Source: Candidatus Omnitrophota bacterium
GTDB taxonomy: Bacteria; Omnitrophota; Gorgyraeia; Zapsychrales; Fredricksoniimonadaceae
Assembly (NCBI GenBank): GCA_015232565.1
Contig: JADFZK010000009.1
Coordinates: forward strand, 3,725-67,724
Direction of reading: 5' to 3'
DNA: 64,000 nt
How positions within the stretch are numbered: the first letter of the stretch is position 1; each line of letters begins with the position of its first letter. Shown piece after piece: positions 1 to 9,301 of the stretch. Position numbers and translations under genes: made by a program. The notes beneath the pieces are model-generated. The model had not been told where the DNA came from. It saw nothing but the letters and a program-made list of their open reading frames with translations, and made no database searches.

Positions 1-661
1 GGCGGCTTTGATCGGGCTGGTATATTGTGCCTGCCTTGTGCTGGCCTGGGCGTCCAAAATCTCGCCTGGTTATTTCCTGATAAGAACCTGGGTGTTTATT
101 CCTCTTTTTACTTTGGGGATCGTTATTCCGGCCATGTTCAGTTTTGTTACTCCCGGGGCGGCGCTGGCGGCTTTTGATATATGGGGCGTGAGGTTTGTGA
201 TCACCCGTCCAGGATTTGACGGCGCGGTTTTACTGGTAGCGCGGGTGGCGGCTTCGGTTTCACTGGCGGTGTTATTGTCGTTAACTACCCGGCATGCGGA
301 ATTGTTAAAGGTATTGCGGATTTTCGGTGTTCCCCAGGTCTTTGTGCTCACGGTGACCATGTGTTATCGCTATTTGTATCTTTTTGCTACTTTGGTCGAG
401 AATATCTTTACGGCGATCCGCAGCCGGGTAGGCGTAATGCCGCAACGGCGGGCCGGTCGGCGGGTAGTGGCTTGGAATATTGCCAATACCTGGAGCCGGA
501 CGACCAAAATTAGTGAAGAGGTTTATTTGGCCATGCTGTCCCGGGGGTATACCGGCGAGCCCCGGTTGCTGGCGGGTTTTCAGTTGCGGTTGCGCGACCT
601 GGTTTGGGCGCTGGCGGTATTTGTGTGGTGCGCGGGTTTGTTGTACCTGGAGAGAAGATGA
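1..661 (+). CDS. cbiQ: ECF/cobalt transporter transmembrane component (CbiQ/EcfT family); 5' end lies outside the window
   Basis: Hydrophobic multi-TM ORF. It has an EcfT/CbiQ-like conserved segment (RIFGVPQVFVLTVTMCYRYLYLFATLVENIFTAIRSRVG). Its stop overlaps the start of the following ABC ATPase (ATGA). Confidence 0.65.
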   Translation, partial: AALIGLVYCACLVLAWASKISPGYFLIRTWVFIPLFTLGIVIPAMFSFVTPGAALAAFDIWGVRFVITRPGFDGAVLLVARVAASVSLAVLLSLTTRHAELLKVLRIFGVPQVFVLTVTMCYRYLYLFATLVENIFTAIRSRVGVMPQRRAGRRVVAWNIANTWSRTTKISEEVYLAMLSRGYTGEPRLLAGFQLRLRDLVWALAVFVWCAGLLYLERR

Positions 662-1467
662 ACGATATTGTTTTTGAATTACAGGATGTGAAATATTCGT
701 ACCAGAAAAAGTATCCGGCGCTGTGTGGTATAGACATGACCATCCGGCAGGGTGAGAAGATCGCCATCATCGGGGCGAATGGTACGGGCAAGTCGACTTT
801 ATTGCATATGCTCGACGGTCTGGTTTTTCCCGACCAGGGCCGGATAACGGCGTTTGGCCAGGAATTAAGCGAAGCGGCGCTTGCGGATGAGGCGGCGGCC
901 TGGAAATTCCGCAGTCGGGTGGGTTTTGTGTTCCAGAGCGCCGACATCCAGTTGTTCTGTCCGTCGGTAAGGGAAGATATAGTTTTTGGCCCCTTGCAGT
1001 TGGGCGTGGCCGCGAACGAAGTGGCCCGGCGCCTGGCGGAAGTGGCGCGGGTTCTGGATGTCGGGCATTTGCTGGACCGGGTGCCCCAGCAATTAAGTAT
1101 TGGCGAGAAACGGCGTGTAGCGATAGCCTCGGTCTTGGCCATAGACCCGGAGGTTTATATTTTCGATGAGCCCACCGCCGGGTTGGATCCCTTGACTGTG
1201 CGGCATATAATAGACCTGGTAGTGCAGGCCAACCGGCGGGGAAAAACAATTATTACCGCCATCCATGATTTGCATATTGTCGGTGAGCTGGCGGATACGG
1301 TTTATGTTTTCGGTAAAGATAAAAAGCTCGCCCGTTCCGGTCCCGTGGAACAGGTGCTGAGTGACCGGGCTTTTCTGGAGGCGCAGAACCTGGTGCATAT
1401 CCACGGGCATATTCATGAAGGCCGTGAGCACGTACATCCGCACCTGGCCTTTGAGCGTCACGCTTGA
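658..1467 (+). CDS. cbiO: ABC transporter ATP-binding protein of an ECF/cobalt importer (CbiO/EcfA)
   Basis: Walker A GANGTGKST, ABC signature LSIGEKRRV, Walker B IFDEPTAGLD. Translationally coupled to the upstream CbiQ-like gene. Confidence 0.85.
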   Translation: MNDIVFELQDVKYSYQKKYPALCGIDMTIRQGEKIAIIGANGTGKSTLLHMLDGLVFPDQGRITAFGQELSEAALADEAAAWKFRSRVGFVFQSADIQLFCPSVREDIVFGPLQLGVAANEVARRLAEVARVLDVGHLLDRVPQQLSIGEKRRVAIASVLAIDPEVYIFDEPTAGLDPLTVRHIIDLVVQANRRGKTIITAIHDLHIVGELADTVYVFGKDKKLARSGPVEQVLSDRAFLEAQNLVHIHGHIHEGREHVHPHLAFERHA

Positions 1468-1507
1468 TCTAATGGTGTAATCTTACAAATAACAAGAAAG
1501 GTCGTTT

Positions 1508-1933
1508 ATGTCAGAAGAACAAAAGTCTGTTGAGGGTGTAGCGGGAGAGCCGCAGGCCGTGGTCAAGGCGGCAGAGTTGAAACCGGCCGAGGTGAAGCCG
1601 ATTGAGGCGCTGGTGAGCATTGATGATTTTAAGAAGTTTCGGATCGTCGTTGCCCAGATCAAGGAAGCGGCAGTCCATCCGAATGCGGACAAGCTTTTTG
1701 TGCTTAAAGTGGATATTGGCACCGAGGTGCGGCAGGTGGTGGCGGGTATCCGTCGGTCTTATACCCCGGAATTGCTGGTGGGCAAGCGGGTGGCGCTTAT
1801 TGCCAACCTCGCTCCGGCGGTGATCCGCGGAGTGGAGTCGCAGGGCATGATCCTGGCGGCGTCGGATGAGGCGGGGGTCTCATTGCTTTCTCCCGACCGG
1901 TTGGACCTGGTGCTGGGCAGTACGGTCAAATGA
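1508..1933 (+). CDS. tRNA-binding domain protein (CsaA/Trbp111/MetRS C-terminal-like OB fold)
   Basis: Typical tRNA-binding-domain sequence (FRIVVAQIKEAAVHPNADKLFVLKVDIGTEVRQVVAGIRRSYTPELLVGKRVALIANLAP...MILAASDE). Overlaps the next ORF by 4 bp. Confidence 0.7.
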   Translation: MSEEQKSVEGVAGEPQAVVKAAELKPAEVKPIEALVSIDDFKKFRIVVAQIKEAAVHPNADKLFVLKVDIGTEVRQVVAGIRRSYTPELLVGKRVALIANLAPAVIRGVESQGMILAASDEAGVSLLSPDRLDLVLGSTVK

Positions 1934-3306
1934 ACCCGCCGGTAATGGTGTCCTCCGAGTTTTGTCTGGACTGCCGGGGCTGTTGCGTTTTTAACGCGCC
2001 GAACAGCGCCTGGCGGGCCTGTTTGACGGCTGAGGAGGAGATCGTTCTGGAAAAACGCCTGCCGGGGGTTTCTTTCGGCGGGCGTTTAGTTTCTGTTCCG
2101 GCTGGTTCCGGACGGGAGGCTTGCAGTTGCCTTAATATTGTAGATCATCATTGCCGGGCTTATGACGCCCGCCCATTGGAGTGCTCTTTATACCCGTTTC
2201 TGTTGTCAGCGCAGAATGGCCGGCTGGATCTTTACGCGCATTTGGCTTGTCCTTTTGTGCGCGCCTTGCGGCAGACTGCCGGCTGGGCGGAGCAGGTTAC
2301 TAAGTTGCAAGAATTTCTGTTATCTCCGTCGAATCACCCGTTGCTGAAAGCGGCCGCGGCATCGTATCCTGACTACAGTTTGTTTTGCGATGAAGTGGAG
2401 CATGTTTGGCAATTGCCATTTGGTCTGGAGGCCTGGTTCTTTGAACGTAAGAGTGAACTGGAGTCCTGGTATAAAAGCCGTAAGGCAGTGTTGTCGGCCA
2501 ACTCTCTGGTAAGCGCGTTCGCCTGGAGTGATGCGTTCGATTTTGATATTGAAGAGTGCGACGGTAATGTCCTGGTTTTTGCCCGTCAGCGCGGAGCGGA
2601 ATTCTTGTATTGCCCTCCGCTGGGGCCGGTTATAAGCCCGCGGGCAGTGGAGCGGGCTTTTGCCCGCATGAAAGGCGGAGCGGCCCGTATTGAAGCGGTC
2701 GCCGAGGCCGACCTGGCTTGTTTTGACAGCGCGCGTTACCGGGCGGTGGAGCAGGGCGCGGAATATTATTACGAGCGGGCGCGTATCGCGGCGCTCGCCG
2801 GTAACGGGTACCGTTCCAAAAGATCGGATTACAATGCGTTCCATAAACGACATCGGCCGTTGTTTCGTCGGTTCGTTCCTGGGGACGCACCGGCCTGTGC
2901 AGAGCTTTTTGACCGTTGGCTTGACAAGCGCCGCGCTTCATATGAAGATGACATCTATCGCGCGATGTTGGTAGAAAATCGGGTGGTGCATCGGCGGATG
3001 ATAGCGCACGCTGCCTGGCTGGGCCTGTCCGGGCGGGTGGTGGAGGTGGCGGGCCGGATGGTCGGGTATACGTTCGGCTATCCTTTGAATCCGGAAACTT
3101 TTTGCGTGGCCCTGGAGGTGACGGCTCCGGAGTTCAAGGGTCTGGCGGCTTATATTTTCCGGGAGTTTTGTGCCGACACGGAGTTGGCGCCTTATAAATA
3201 CATCAATGCTATGGACGATTTCGGTATGCCGGGTGTGGCGAAAGCCAAGCGTTCCTGGCGTCCGGCGTTCCTGGAGAAAGTTTATGCCGTATGTTTAAAG
3301 CCCTAG
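1930..3306 (+). CDS. Fusion protein: N-terminal CxxCxxCC (YkgJ-type Fe-S/Zn) domain plus a C-terminal DUF2156/FemAB-like putative aminoacyl-tRNA-dependent transferase domain
   Basis: N-terminus carries CLDCRGCC with further Cys residues. The C-terminal ~300 aa resembles the MprF C-terminal/DUF2156 fold (KRSDYNAFHKRHRP..., RVVEVAGRMVGYTFGYPLNPETFCVALEVT). Domain assignment is by eye only. Confidence 0.4.
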   Translation: MNPPVMVSSEFCLDCRGCCVFNAPNSAWRACLTAEEEIVLEKRLPGVSFGGRLVSVPAGSGREACSCLNIVDHHCRAYDARPLECSLYPFLLSAQNGRLDLYAHLACPFVRALRQTAGWAEQVTKLQEFLLSPSNHPLLKAAAASYPDYSLFCDEVEHVWQLPFGLEAWFFERKSELESWYKSRKAVLSANSLVSAFAWSDAFDFDIEECDGNVLVFARQRGAEFLYCPPLGPVISPRAVERAFARMKGGAARIEAVAEADLACFDSARYRAVEQGAEYYYERARIAALAGNGYRSKRSDYNAFHKRHRPLFRRFVPGDAPACAELFDRWLDKRRASYEDDIYRAMLVENRVVHRRMIAHAAWLGLSGRVVEVAGRMVGYTFGYPLNPETFCVALEVTAPEFKGLAAYIFREFCADTELAPYKYINAMDDFGMPGVAKAKRSWRPAFLEKVYAVCLKP

Positions 3307-3914
3307 AAGCGGAGTATGTGGTTTTCGACGTGGAAACAACCGGACTCTCGGTGGTTGAGGGAGACCGCATTATTGAGCTGGCCGCTTTGCGGATCAAGAA
3401 TGGCGTGTGGGCGGAGCGGGTAGTGTCGCTGGTGAATCCCGGACGGCCCTTGTCGCCGGGCGCCCAGGAGGTTAACGGGATAACCGAAGACATGGTCCTG
3501 GCGGCGCCTTCGGCGGCGGAATTCCTGCCGCGGATGATCGAGTTCACCGCGCAGGCCTGCCTGGTGGCGCATAACGCCAGTTTTGATATCAAGTTCCTGG
3601 CCTACGAGTTGGCCCTGGGCGGGCGCAAGTTGTACGACGCCACTCCGGTCATTGATACTATCAAGATGGCCAAGGCTTTTCTGCCGTATCTTTCCAGTTA
3701 TCGCCTGGGCTCACTGGCGAACTCGCTGGGTGTCAAGGTGGGTCTGGCCCATCGGGCCGAAGCCGACGTGGAAATAACCGCGGCGGTCTTTCAGCGTTTG
3801 CTGGCGATGGCGGAAGATCATAATATTCACGACCTTAAAACTCTGGCCGGCCGGTTTGGCGTAGAAAAGCCCAGCTTTAAATTGAATAATTCTTCCCAGG
3901 CTTCCTTCTTTTGA
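3291..3914 (+). CDS. DnaQ-like 3'-5' exonuclease (DNA polymerase III epsilon family)
   Basis: Exo I motif VVFDVETTGL and Exo II motif HNASFDIKFL. Overlaps the upstream gene by 16 bp. Confidence 0.8.
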   Translation: MFKALEAEYVVFDVETTGLSVVEGDRIIELAALRIKNGVWAERVVSLVNPGRPLSPGAQEVNGITEDMVLAAPSAAEFLPRMIEFTAQACLVAHNASFDIKFLAYELALGGRKLYDATPVIDTIKMAKAFLPYLSSYRLGSLANSLGVKVGLAHRAEADVEITAAVFQRLLAMAEDHNIHDLKTLAGRFGVEKPSFKLNNSSQASFF

Positions 3915-3924
3915 GTGTTCTCCA

Positions 3925-5238
3925 ATGACCGAGATAGCCAGCGAGCTTTTGGGTTGCTTTCCCGATACCATGGCGGTGCTGGGCAAGCTGGCCGCTGAGC
4001 CGGGAGTCTGCCTGCTGGATTCCTCCGACGCCAGCGGGTGGTCATACATTGGCGTGCGTCCGGTGCAAAAATGGCTGGGGCATACTTTGGCGGATTGGCA
4101 GGATTTTCGGGCTGATGCGGCCGGCTTTATTTCGGCGCCGGCGCCGAAGCCGGGAGCAGTGCCGTTCCCGGCGGGGTTTATGGGCGCGGTCAGTTACGAC
4201 CTGGGGCTTTTGCTGGAAGGCGTGGGTTCACGTCATCCGGATACGACGGACGGGCTGCCGCTTTTCCATTTTGGATATTACGAAAGCGTGCTGGCATTTT
4301 GTCATTTGGCGGGTACGGCTTATATTTGCGGGCGGGCGGATTCGCCCTCCTGGCAGGTTTTGGCGCAGGCGGTAAAGGGGGACCAGAGTGTTCGTGTGGC
4401 GCCTCCAGCTCAAGCAGTCACGGCAGTATCGGACCAGGATGAAGCCGGTTATGTGCGCATGGTCGGCCGGGCATTGGAGCTGATCAAAAGCGGGGAGATC
4501 TATGAGGTTAATTGTTCCCGGCGTTTCAGGTTGCCCTGGAGCGGGGAGGCCGCGGCGGCATATGAATTATATCGTAATTTGCGCAGTCATTCTCCGGTGC
4601 CGTATGGCGCGTACTACAGCGCGGACGGTTGGCGGATATTAAGCGCTTCGCCGGAAATGTTCCTGGAATTAAAAAGCGGCGGAGTGGCTACCCGGCCTAT
4701 GAAAGGCACTCGTCCGCGCGGGCGGGATGCAGTTACCGACGAGATCTATCGCCGGGAATTGATCGACAGCCCCAAGGAGCGGGCCGAGCTGCTAATGGTT
4801 ACTGATCTTTTACGCAACGACCTGGGCAAGGTGTGCCAGACGGGCTCGGTCTTGGTGCGCGACCTGCGGAGCATTGAAGCTTATCGCGGTGTGTTTCAGG
4901 CCACTTCCTGTGTTGCCGGACAGCTGTTGGCCGGAAAGACCGCTTTCGATCTGTTTGCCGCCGCTTTCCCCGGTGGTTCGGTTACCGGTTGCCCCAAGCA
5001 TCGCGCTTTGCGGGCTATTGACGACCTGGAGCTTTCGCGCCGGGGCTATTATACCGGAGCGCTGGGCATGATCTCCTGCTATGGGGACATGAGTTTGAAT
5101 GTTTTGATCCGTTCAATTGTTCTTTCCGGCGGGCAGGCCGTTTTCTCCACCGGTGGCGGGATCGTGGCCGACTCTGATCCAGGCAGTGAGTTTGCGGAAA
5201 CCACTCTTAAGGCGGAAGGGATGCTTGCCGCATTTTGA
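3925..5238 (+). CDS. pabB: Aminodeoxychorismate synthase component I (chorismate-binding enzyme, PabB/TrpE family)
   Basis: Chorismate-binding motifs SPEMFLEL, GTRPRG, GGSVTGCPK and RGYYTGALG. The PabB assignment over TrpE is favoured by the adjacent class IV aminotransferase. Confidence 0.7.
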   Translation: MTEIASELLGCFPDTMAVLGKLAAEPGVCLLDSSDASGWSYIGVRPVQKWLGHTLADWQDFRADAAGFISAPAPKPGAVPFPAGFMGAVSYDLGLLLEGVGSRHPDTTDGLPLFHFGYYESVLAFCHLAGTAYICGRADSPSWQVLAQAVKGDQSVRVAPPAQAVTAVSDQDEAGYVRMVGRALELIKSGEIYEVNCSRRFRLPWSGEAAAAYELYRNLRSHSPVPYGAYYSADGWRILSASPEMFLELKSGGVATRPMKGTRPRGRDAVTDEIYRRELIDSPKERAELLMVTDLLRNDLGKVCQTGSVLVRDLRSIEAYRGVFQATSCVAGQLLAGKTAFDLFAAAFPGGSVTGCPKHRALRAIDDLELSRRGYYTGALGMISCYGDMSLNVLIRSIVLSGGQAVFSTGGGIVADSDPGSEFAETTLKAEGMLAAF

Positions 5239-6038
5239 AAAATCAATTGATAAACCTTAACGGAAAGCCAGTTTCAGCCAGCATGGAGCTGCTGCAGAGC
5301 TTAACTCCTGGCGTGCGAAAAATGCGCGGCGTTTTTGAGACTCTGCGGGTTTCCGGCGGGGCACAGTATTTGCCGGCGCATTATGCCCGTTTGTGCCGCG
5401 GCCTTAAAATGCTGGACCTGCCGGTGCCCTGGACCCGGCGGGCGCTGCGCGGGGCTATCAAGCATTTACTGCAAGCGGTGCCCAAAGCTGGCCGCTTGCG
5501 GATAATGGTGTGGCGCCAGGGGGGCGGTGTCTGGTGGGCGTTGGTACCCGGCGAGTATGGGCCATTAAGTCGGACGGCGCAAGTGCGCGGAGTGACGGTG
5601 GCGGTGATCGAGGTGCGGAAAAAGTTCCGGAAAGAGGACGGCTGGTTCAAGTCTTTGGATTATTCCGTTTACGCTCAGGCTCTTAAGGATGCACGCGCAC
5701 AAGGTTGTTTTGAGGCTTTGCTGGCTACTGCCGATGGCCGTATCATTGATGGCAGTCGTACCGGCTTGATACTTCTGACGGAAAACGCCTTGCTGGTTCC
5801 GCCGCCCGGGTTTGGCACCGTGGACAGTCTGCTGTCCCGACGCATCATTGCGCTGGCGCGTGACTCCGGCCTGCCGGTTCGGCGCCGGACGATCTTTATC
5901 AATGACCTCGCCCGGGCCCGCGCAGCGTGGCTGGCTAATTCCCTGATCGGCCTGCTGCCGATCCGCTTACGGCCGGGAAGTGGTGTCCTTTTGCGCCGGT
6001 CCCAAACGGCAGAATGCAAAGCCGAATCTTATCCTTGA
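5235..6038 (+). CDS. pabC: Aminodeoxychorismate lyase / class IV aminotransferase
   Basis: Class IV aminotransferase-like sequence. Overlaps the pabB stop by 4 bp. Confidence 0.65.
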   Translation: MKNQLINLNGKPVSASMELLQSLTPGVRKMRGVFETLRVSGGAQYLPAHYARLCRGLKMLDLPVPWTRRALRGAIKHLLQAVPKAGRLRIMVWRQGGGVWWALVPGEYGPLSRTAQVRGVTVAVIEVRKKFRKEDGWFKSLDYSVYAQALKDARAQGCFEALLATADGRIIDGSRTGLILLTENALLVPPPGFGTVDSLLSRRIIALARDSGLPVRRRTIFINDLARARAAWLANSLIGLLPIRLRPGSGVLLRRSQTAECKAESYP

Positions 6039-6070
6039 ACGCCCGGGCACTTCACATTATAATGGCGCAT

Positions 6071-7117
6071 ATGAAAAAACTAATCCTCTTAACGATGGCA
6101 GGAGTAATGTTCTCGTCGATGGCTTACGCTGTGCGGCCGGAGGCCGAGAGCGCTGTGAATGCCGCGCTGGACCAGATCTCCCAGGGTGGCGTGGCGCCCC
6201 GCTGGAAGTCTTCTTTGGGCGGCATTGAGGAAGCGATAGCGGTGCTGGTGGAAGCGAACCAGCGGCTTATGCAGGAATACCAGGCGCTGTCCGCGCAGAT
6301 GTCGGCTTTGGAGGCGGATATTACGAGCCAGCACCAGAAGAACAATGAGCAGGATTCTGCCCTGGCCGCGCGCCGCGCGGAAGTGAGTGTGCCGGCCGCC
6401 GACGGGGTGGAGCGGCAGAAACTGGCTTTGTTGGGCAAAGATACCGAGCAGGCGCGTTTGGCCGCGGCCGCCGCGCAGAGCCGTTTGAAGTCGGTGGACA
6501 GCAAGCTGGGGCTTCGCAAACTTAAAGTGCAGGAACTGGAGCTGGAGAAGAAGTCTTTGTTGATGGACCGCAATGCGCGGACCGTGGCCACTTTGGGACT
6601 GCTCAAGCAAAGCGTAAAGTCGCTTAAAGACCAGGCGGATTATCAAAAGTCGCAGACCGAATATGTACGGCAGAAGATCGCCGCCCTGAATAGCGTGGAC
6701 CGTCCGTTCCTGAAAGAGTCGGGCCAGCTTTTAGCTGATAACACCAAATTGCGCCAGGACTTGGCCAAGTTAATGGATGAGCGCGCTGACCTGCTGAAGC
6801 AGGCCGATTCCGCCGTTGATAAAAAGAACAAGGCCGCTACCGGCGCGGACTCCAAGCGTTTGCAGGACCTTACCACACGAAAAGCGTCTTTGGAAACCCG
6901 CCTGGCGGCCGCGAAGGCGAAGAAGGACAAGTTTACGGCTATTGCCGACAGTTACGCGGTGGATTCCGCCGCCTTGGCCGTACAGATCAAAGGCCTGGAA
7001 GACGAGAATAAAGCGCTGGAGGAAGCGGCGGGGAATGTGCGCGAGAATATCGCGGTCCTGGAATACCGGATGAATTCCCTGACCCGTTACAAGAATCGTA
7101 ACTCTAACCGGAATTAA
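6071..7117 (+). CDS. Secreted coiled-coil protein (signal peptide plus a long Ala/Gln/Leu/Lys-rich heptad region)
   Basis: Starts MKKLILLTMAGVMFSSMAYA (signal peptide). The rest is low-complexity coiled-coil. The upstream part of the annotated ORF (from 6014) overlaps pabC and is probably not translated. Confidence 0.5.
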   Translation: MKKLILLTMAGVMFSSMAYAVRPEAESAVNAALDQISQGGVAPRWKSSLGGIEEAIAVLVEANQRLMQEYQALSAQMSALEADITSQHQKNNEQDSALAARRAEVSVPAADGVERQKLALLGKDTEQARLAAAAAQSRLKSVDSKLGLRKLKVQELELEKKSLLMDRNARTVATLGLLKQSVKSLKDQADYQKSQTEYVRQKIAALNSVDRPFLKESGQLLADNTKLRQDLAKLMDERADLLKQADSAVDKKNKAATGADSKRLQDLTTRKASLETRLAAAKAKKDKFTAIADSYAVDSAALAVQIKGLEDENKALEEAAGNVRENIAVLEYRMNSLTRYKNRNSNRN

Positions 7118-7125
7118 GGAATTTT

Positions 7126-7611
7126 ATGGACGAAATACTGGATATCCTGATCAACGACGCGCGCACTCCGGCGGAAGATATTGCCAAGATGACCAAAAAG
7201 CCGGTGGCCGCGGTCAAGAAGGCGATCAAGAAATACGAAGAGGACGGCACTATCGTCCAGTATAAAGCGGTGGTTAACCACGAGATGGCCGAAGGCCTTT
7301 CGGCTCCGGTGCGGGCTTTGATCGAGGTGAGCATTGTGCCGCAAAAGGACGTAGGCTTCGACCATGTGGCCGAGCGTATTTACAGTTTCGCCGAGGTTAC
7401 CAGTTGTTACCTGGTCTCCGGTAGTTATGATCTTTTACTGATCGTGGAAGGCAAAAGCATCCAGACCGTGGCGGAATTCGTATCTTCGAAATTGTCGCCG
7501 ATGGAGAATGTCCGGCAAACGACTACGCATTTTCTGCTCAAGAAGTATAAGGAAGAAGGCAAGATCTTTAAACAGCCCGCCCGGTCCAGCCGGTTGAATA
7601 TTTCTTATTGA
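7126..7611 (+). CDS. Lrp/AsnC family transcriptional regulator
   Basis: N-terminal HTH (ILDILINDARTPAEDIAKMT) plus a C-terminal RAM/AsnC-type domain. About 160 aa. Confidence 0.8.
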   Translation: MDEILDILINDARTPAEDIAKMTKKPVAAVKKAIKKYEEDGTIVQYKAVVNHEMAEGLSAPVRALIEVSIVPQKDVGFDHVAERIYSFAEVTSCYLVSGSYDLLLIVEGKSIQTVAEFVSSKLSPMENVRQTTTHFLLKKYKEEGKIFKQPARSSRLNISY

Positions 7612-7695
7612 TATATGGTGCTTTGCGCCATGAGCGCGCCGGGACCCGGGTGACTTTCTGCCGGGCGGCGCTGCGTTACGCTTTTAAAGGGGTTT

Positions 7696-8868
7696 ATGTA
7701 CGTCTCAAAACTGGTAAATGATCTTCCTCCGTCGGGCATCCGCGCTTTCTTTGACCTGGTGATGGGGATGAAAGATGTGGTTTCCCTGGGTGTCGGCGAG
7801 CCGGATTTTGTGACGCCCTGGCATATCCGCGAAAAAGCCATCTACTCCCTTGAGCAGGGGTGCACGTCTTATACTTCCAACAAAGGTATGCCGGAGTTGC
7901 GCAAGGAGATCTGCGCTTTCTTAAAGAGCCGTTTCGGGTTGGAATATCACTGGGATAATGAAATGCTGGTTACCGTGGGCGCCAGCGAAGCGCTCGACCT
8001 GGTATGCCGCGCGATCCTGGAGCCGGGCGAGAAGGTGATCATTCATGAGCCTTGCTTTGTAGCCTATGCGCCGCTGGTCAAGCTGGCGGGCGGAGTGCCG
8101 GTGCCGTTAATAACCACGGCCCAGGAAGGTTTTAAGGTCACTCCGGACAAGCTGGAGCGGGCCTGGTCGAAAGGCACCAAGGCGTTCCTGATAAATTATC
8201 CGTGCAATCCTACCGGCACTTCCTATACCCGCGCGGAACTGGCGGCTTTGGCCAAGGTGGCGCAAAAGAAGGATATGCTGGTGCTTTCCGACGAGATATA
8301 CGACGAGCTGACTTATGATTTCGACCACACGCCGTTCTCTGCCCTGCCGGGCATGCGTGAGCGGGTGGTGTACCTGAACGGTTTCTCCAAGGCTTATGCC
8401 ATGACCGGCTGGCGCCTGGGTTGGGCGGCGGGTAACGAAAAGATCCTGGCCGCCATGACCAAGATCCATCAATACCTGGTGATGTGCGCGTCGATCACCA
8501 GCCAGATGGCCGGCCGGGAAGCGATCAAGAACGGACGGCCGGATGTTTTGTTGATGAAAAAAGAATATAACCGCCGCCGTAATTATATTGTGGCGTCGTT
8601 GAATGAACTGGGGTTGGAGTGCCATATGCCCCAGGGGGCTTTTTATGCTTTTCCGTCGATAAAGAGCCTGAACATGAGTTCGATAGATTTTGCCCGGGAC
8701 TTGCTGGAGAAACAAAAGGTGGCCCTGGTGCCCGGAGGGGCTTTTGGTTCGCAATGCGCCGATCATGTGCGTATTTCCTATGCCTCAAGTTACGACAACC
8801 TGCGTGAAGCGGTAAGCCGCATAACGCAATATCTCAAGGCTCGCAATGGCGGTAAAGAACAGCAGTAA
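7696..8868 (+). CDS. PLP-dependent aminotransferase class I/II (aspartate aminotransferase-like)
   Basis: SKAYAMTGWRLGW places the PLP-lysine in its usual context. The whole ORF has the class I aminotransferase fold. Confidence 0.85.
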   Translation: MYVSKLVNDLPPSGIRAFFDLVMGMKDVVSLGVGEPDFVTPWHIREKAIYSLEQGCTSYTSNKGMPELRKEICAFLKSRFGLEYHWDNEMLVTVGASEALDLVCRAILEPGEKVIIHEPCFVAYAPLVKLAGGVPVPLITTAQEGFKVTPDKLERAWSKGTKAFLINYPCNPTGTSYTRAELAALAKVAQKKDMLVLSDEIYDELTYDFDHTPFSALPGMRERVVYLNGFSKAYAMTGWRLGWAAGNEKILAAMTKIHQYLVMCASITSQMAGREAIKNGRPDVLLMKKEYNRRRNYIVASLNELGLECHMPQGAFYAFPSIKSLNMSSIDFARDLLEKQKVALVPGGAFGSQCADHVRISYASSYDNLREAVSRITQYLKARNGGKEQQ

Positions 8869-9250
8869 CGTCAAGTTCGAGATCGGCTTTTATGAAAAGG
8901 TGCTGGAACGCGCGCCGAATTTCATTGAAGCCTTGATCTGCCTGGGTGACCTGTATACCAGGGCCGGTCTTTACTCCCAGGGCCTGGCTATCGACGAACG
9001 CCTGGCCGCCCTGCGCCCGGACGATGCCGGCGTGTTGTATAACCTGGCGTGCAGTTATTCACTGTTGAACAATATACCTTTGGCGCGCAGCGTGATGTTG
9101 CGCGCTATTGATCTGGGTTACGATGAGTGGGAGCATTTGGGCAAGGATACCGACCTGGCTAACCTGCTGGGGGACCGGGAGTTTATAGCGCGACTGAAAG
9201 ATATTCGCAAAAAGGGTGCGCGGGAAAGCGCGCGTGTCCCGGGCTTGTAG
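8846..9250 (+). CDS. TPR repeat protein
   Basis: TPR-like helical repeats (ALICLGDLYTRAGLYSQGLAIDERLAALRPDDAGVLYNLACSY). Confidence 0.55.
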   Translation: MAVKNSSNVKFEIGFYEKVLERAPNFIEALICLGDLYTRAGLYSQGLAIDERLAALRPDDAGVLYNLACSYSLLNNIPLARSVMLRAIDLGYDEWEHLGKDTDLANLLGDREFIARLKDIRKKGARESARVPGL

Positions 9251-9301
9251 AGTCCGGAACCAGCCCTGGTTCATGGGGCAAAAAACACTGGAGAATTATT
9301 T

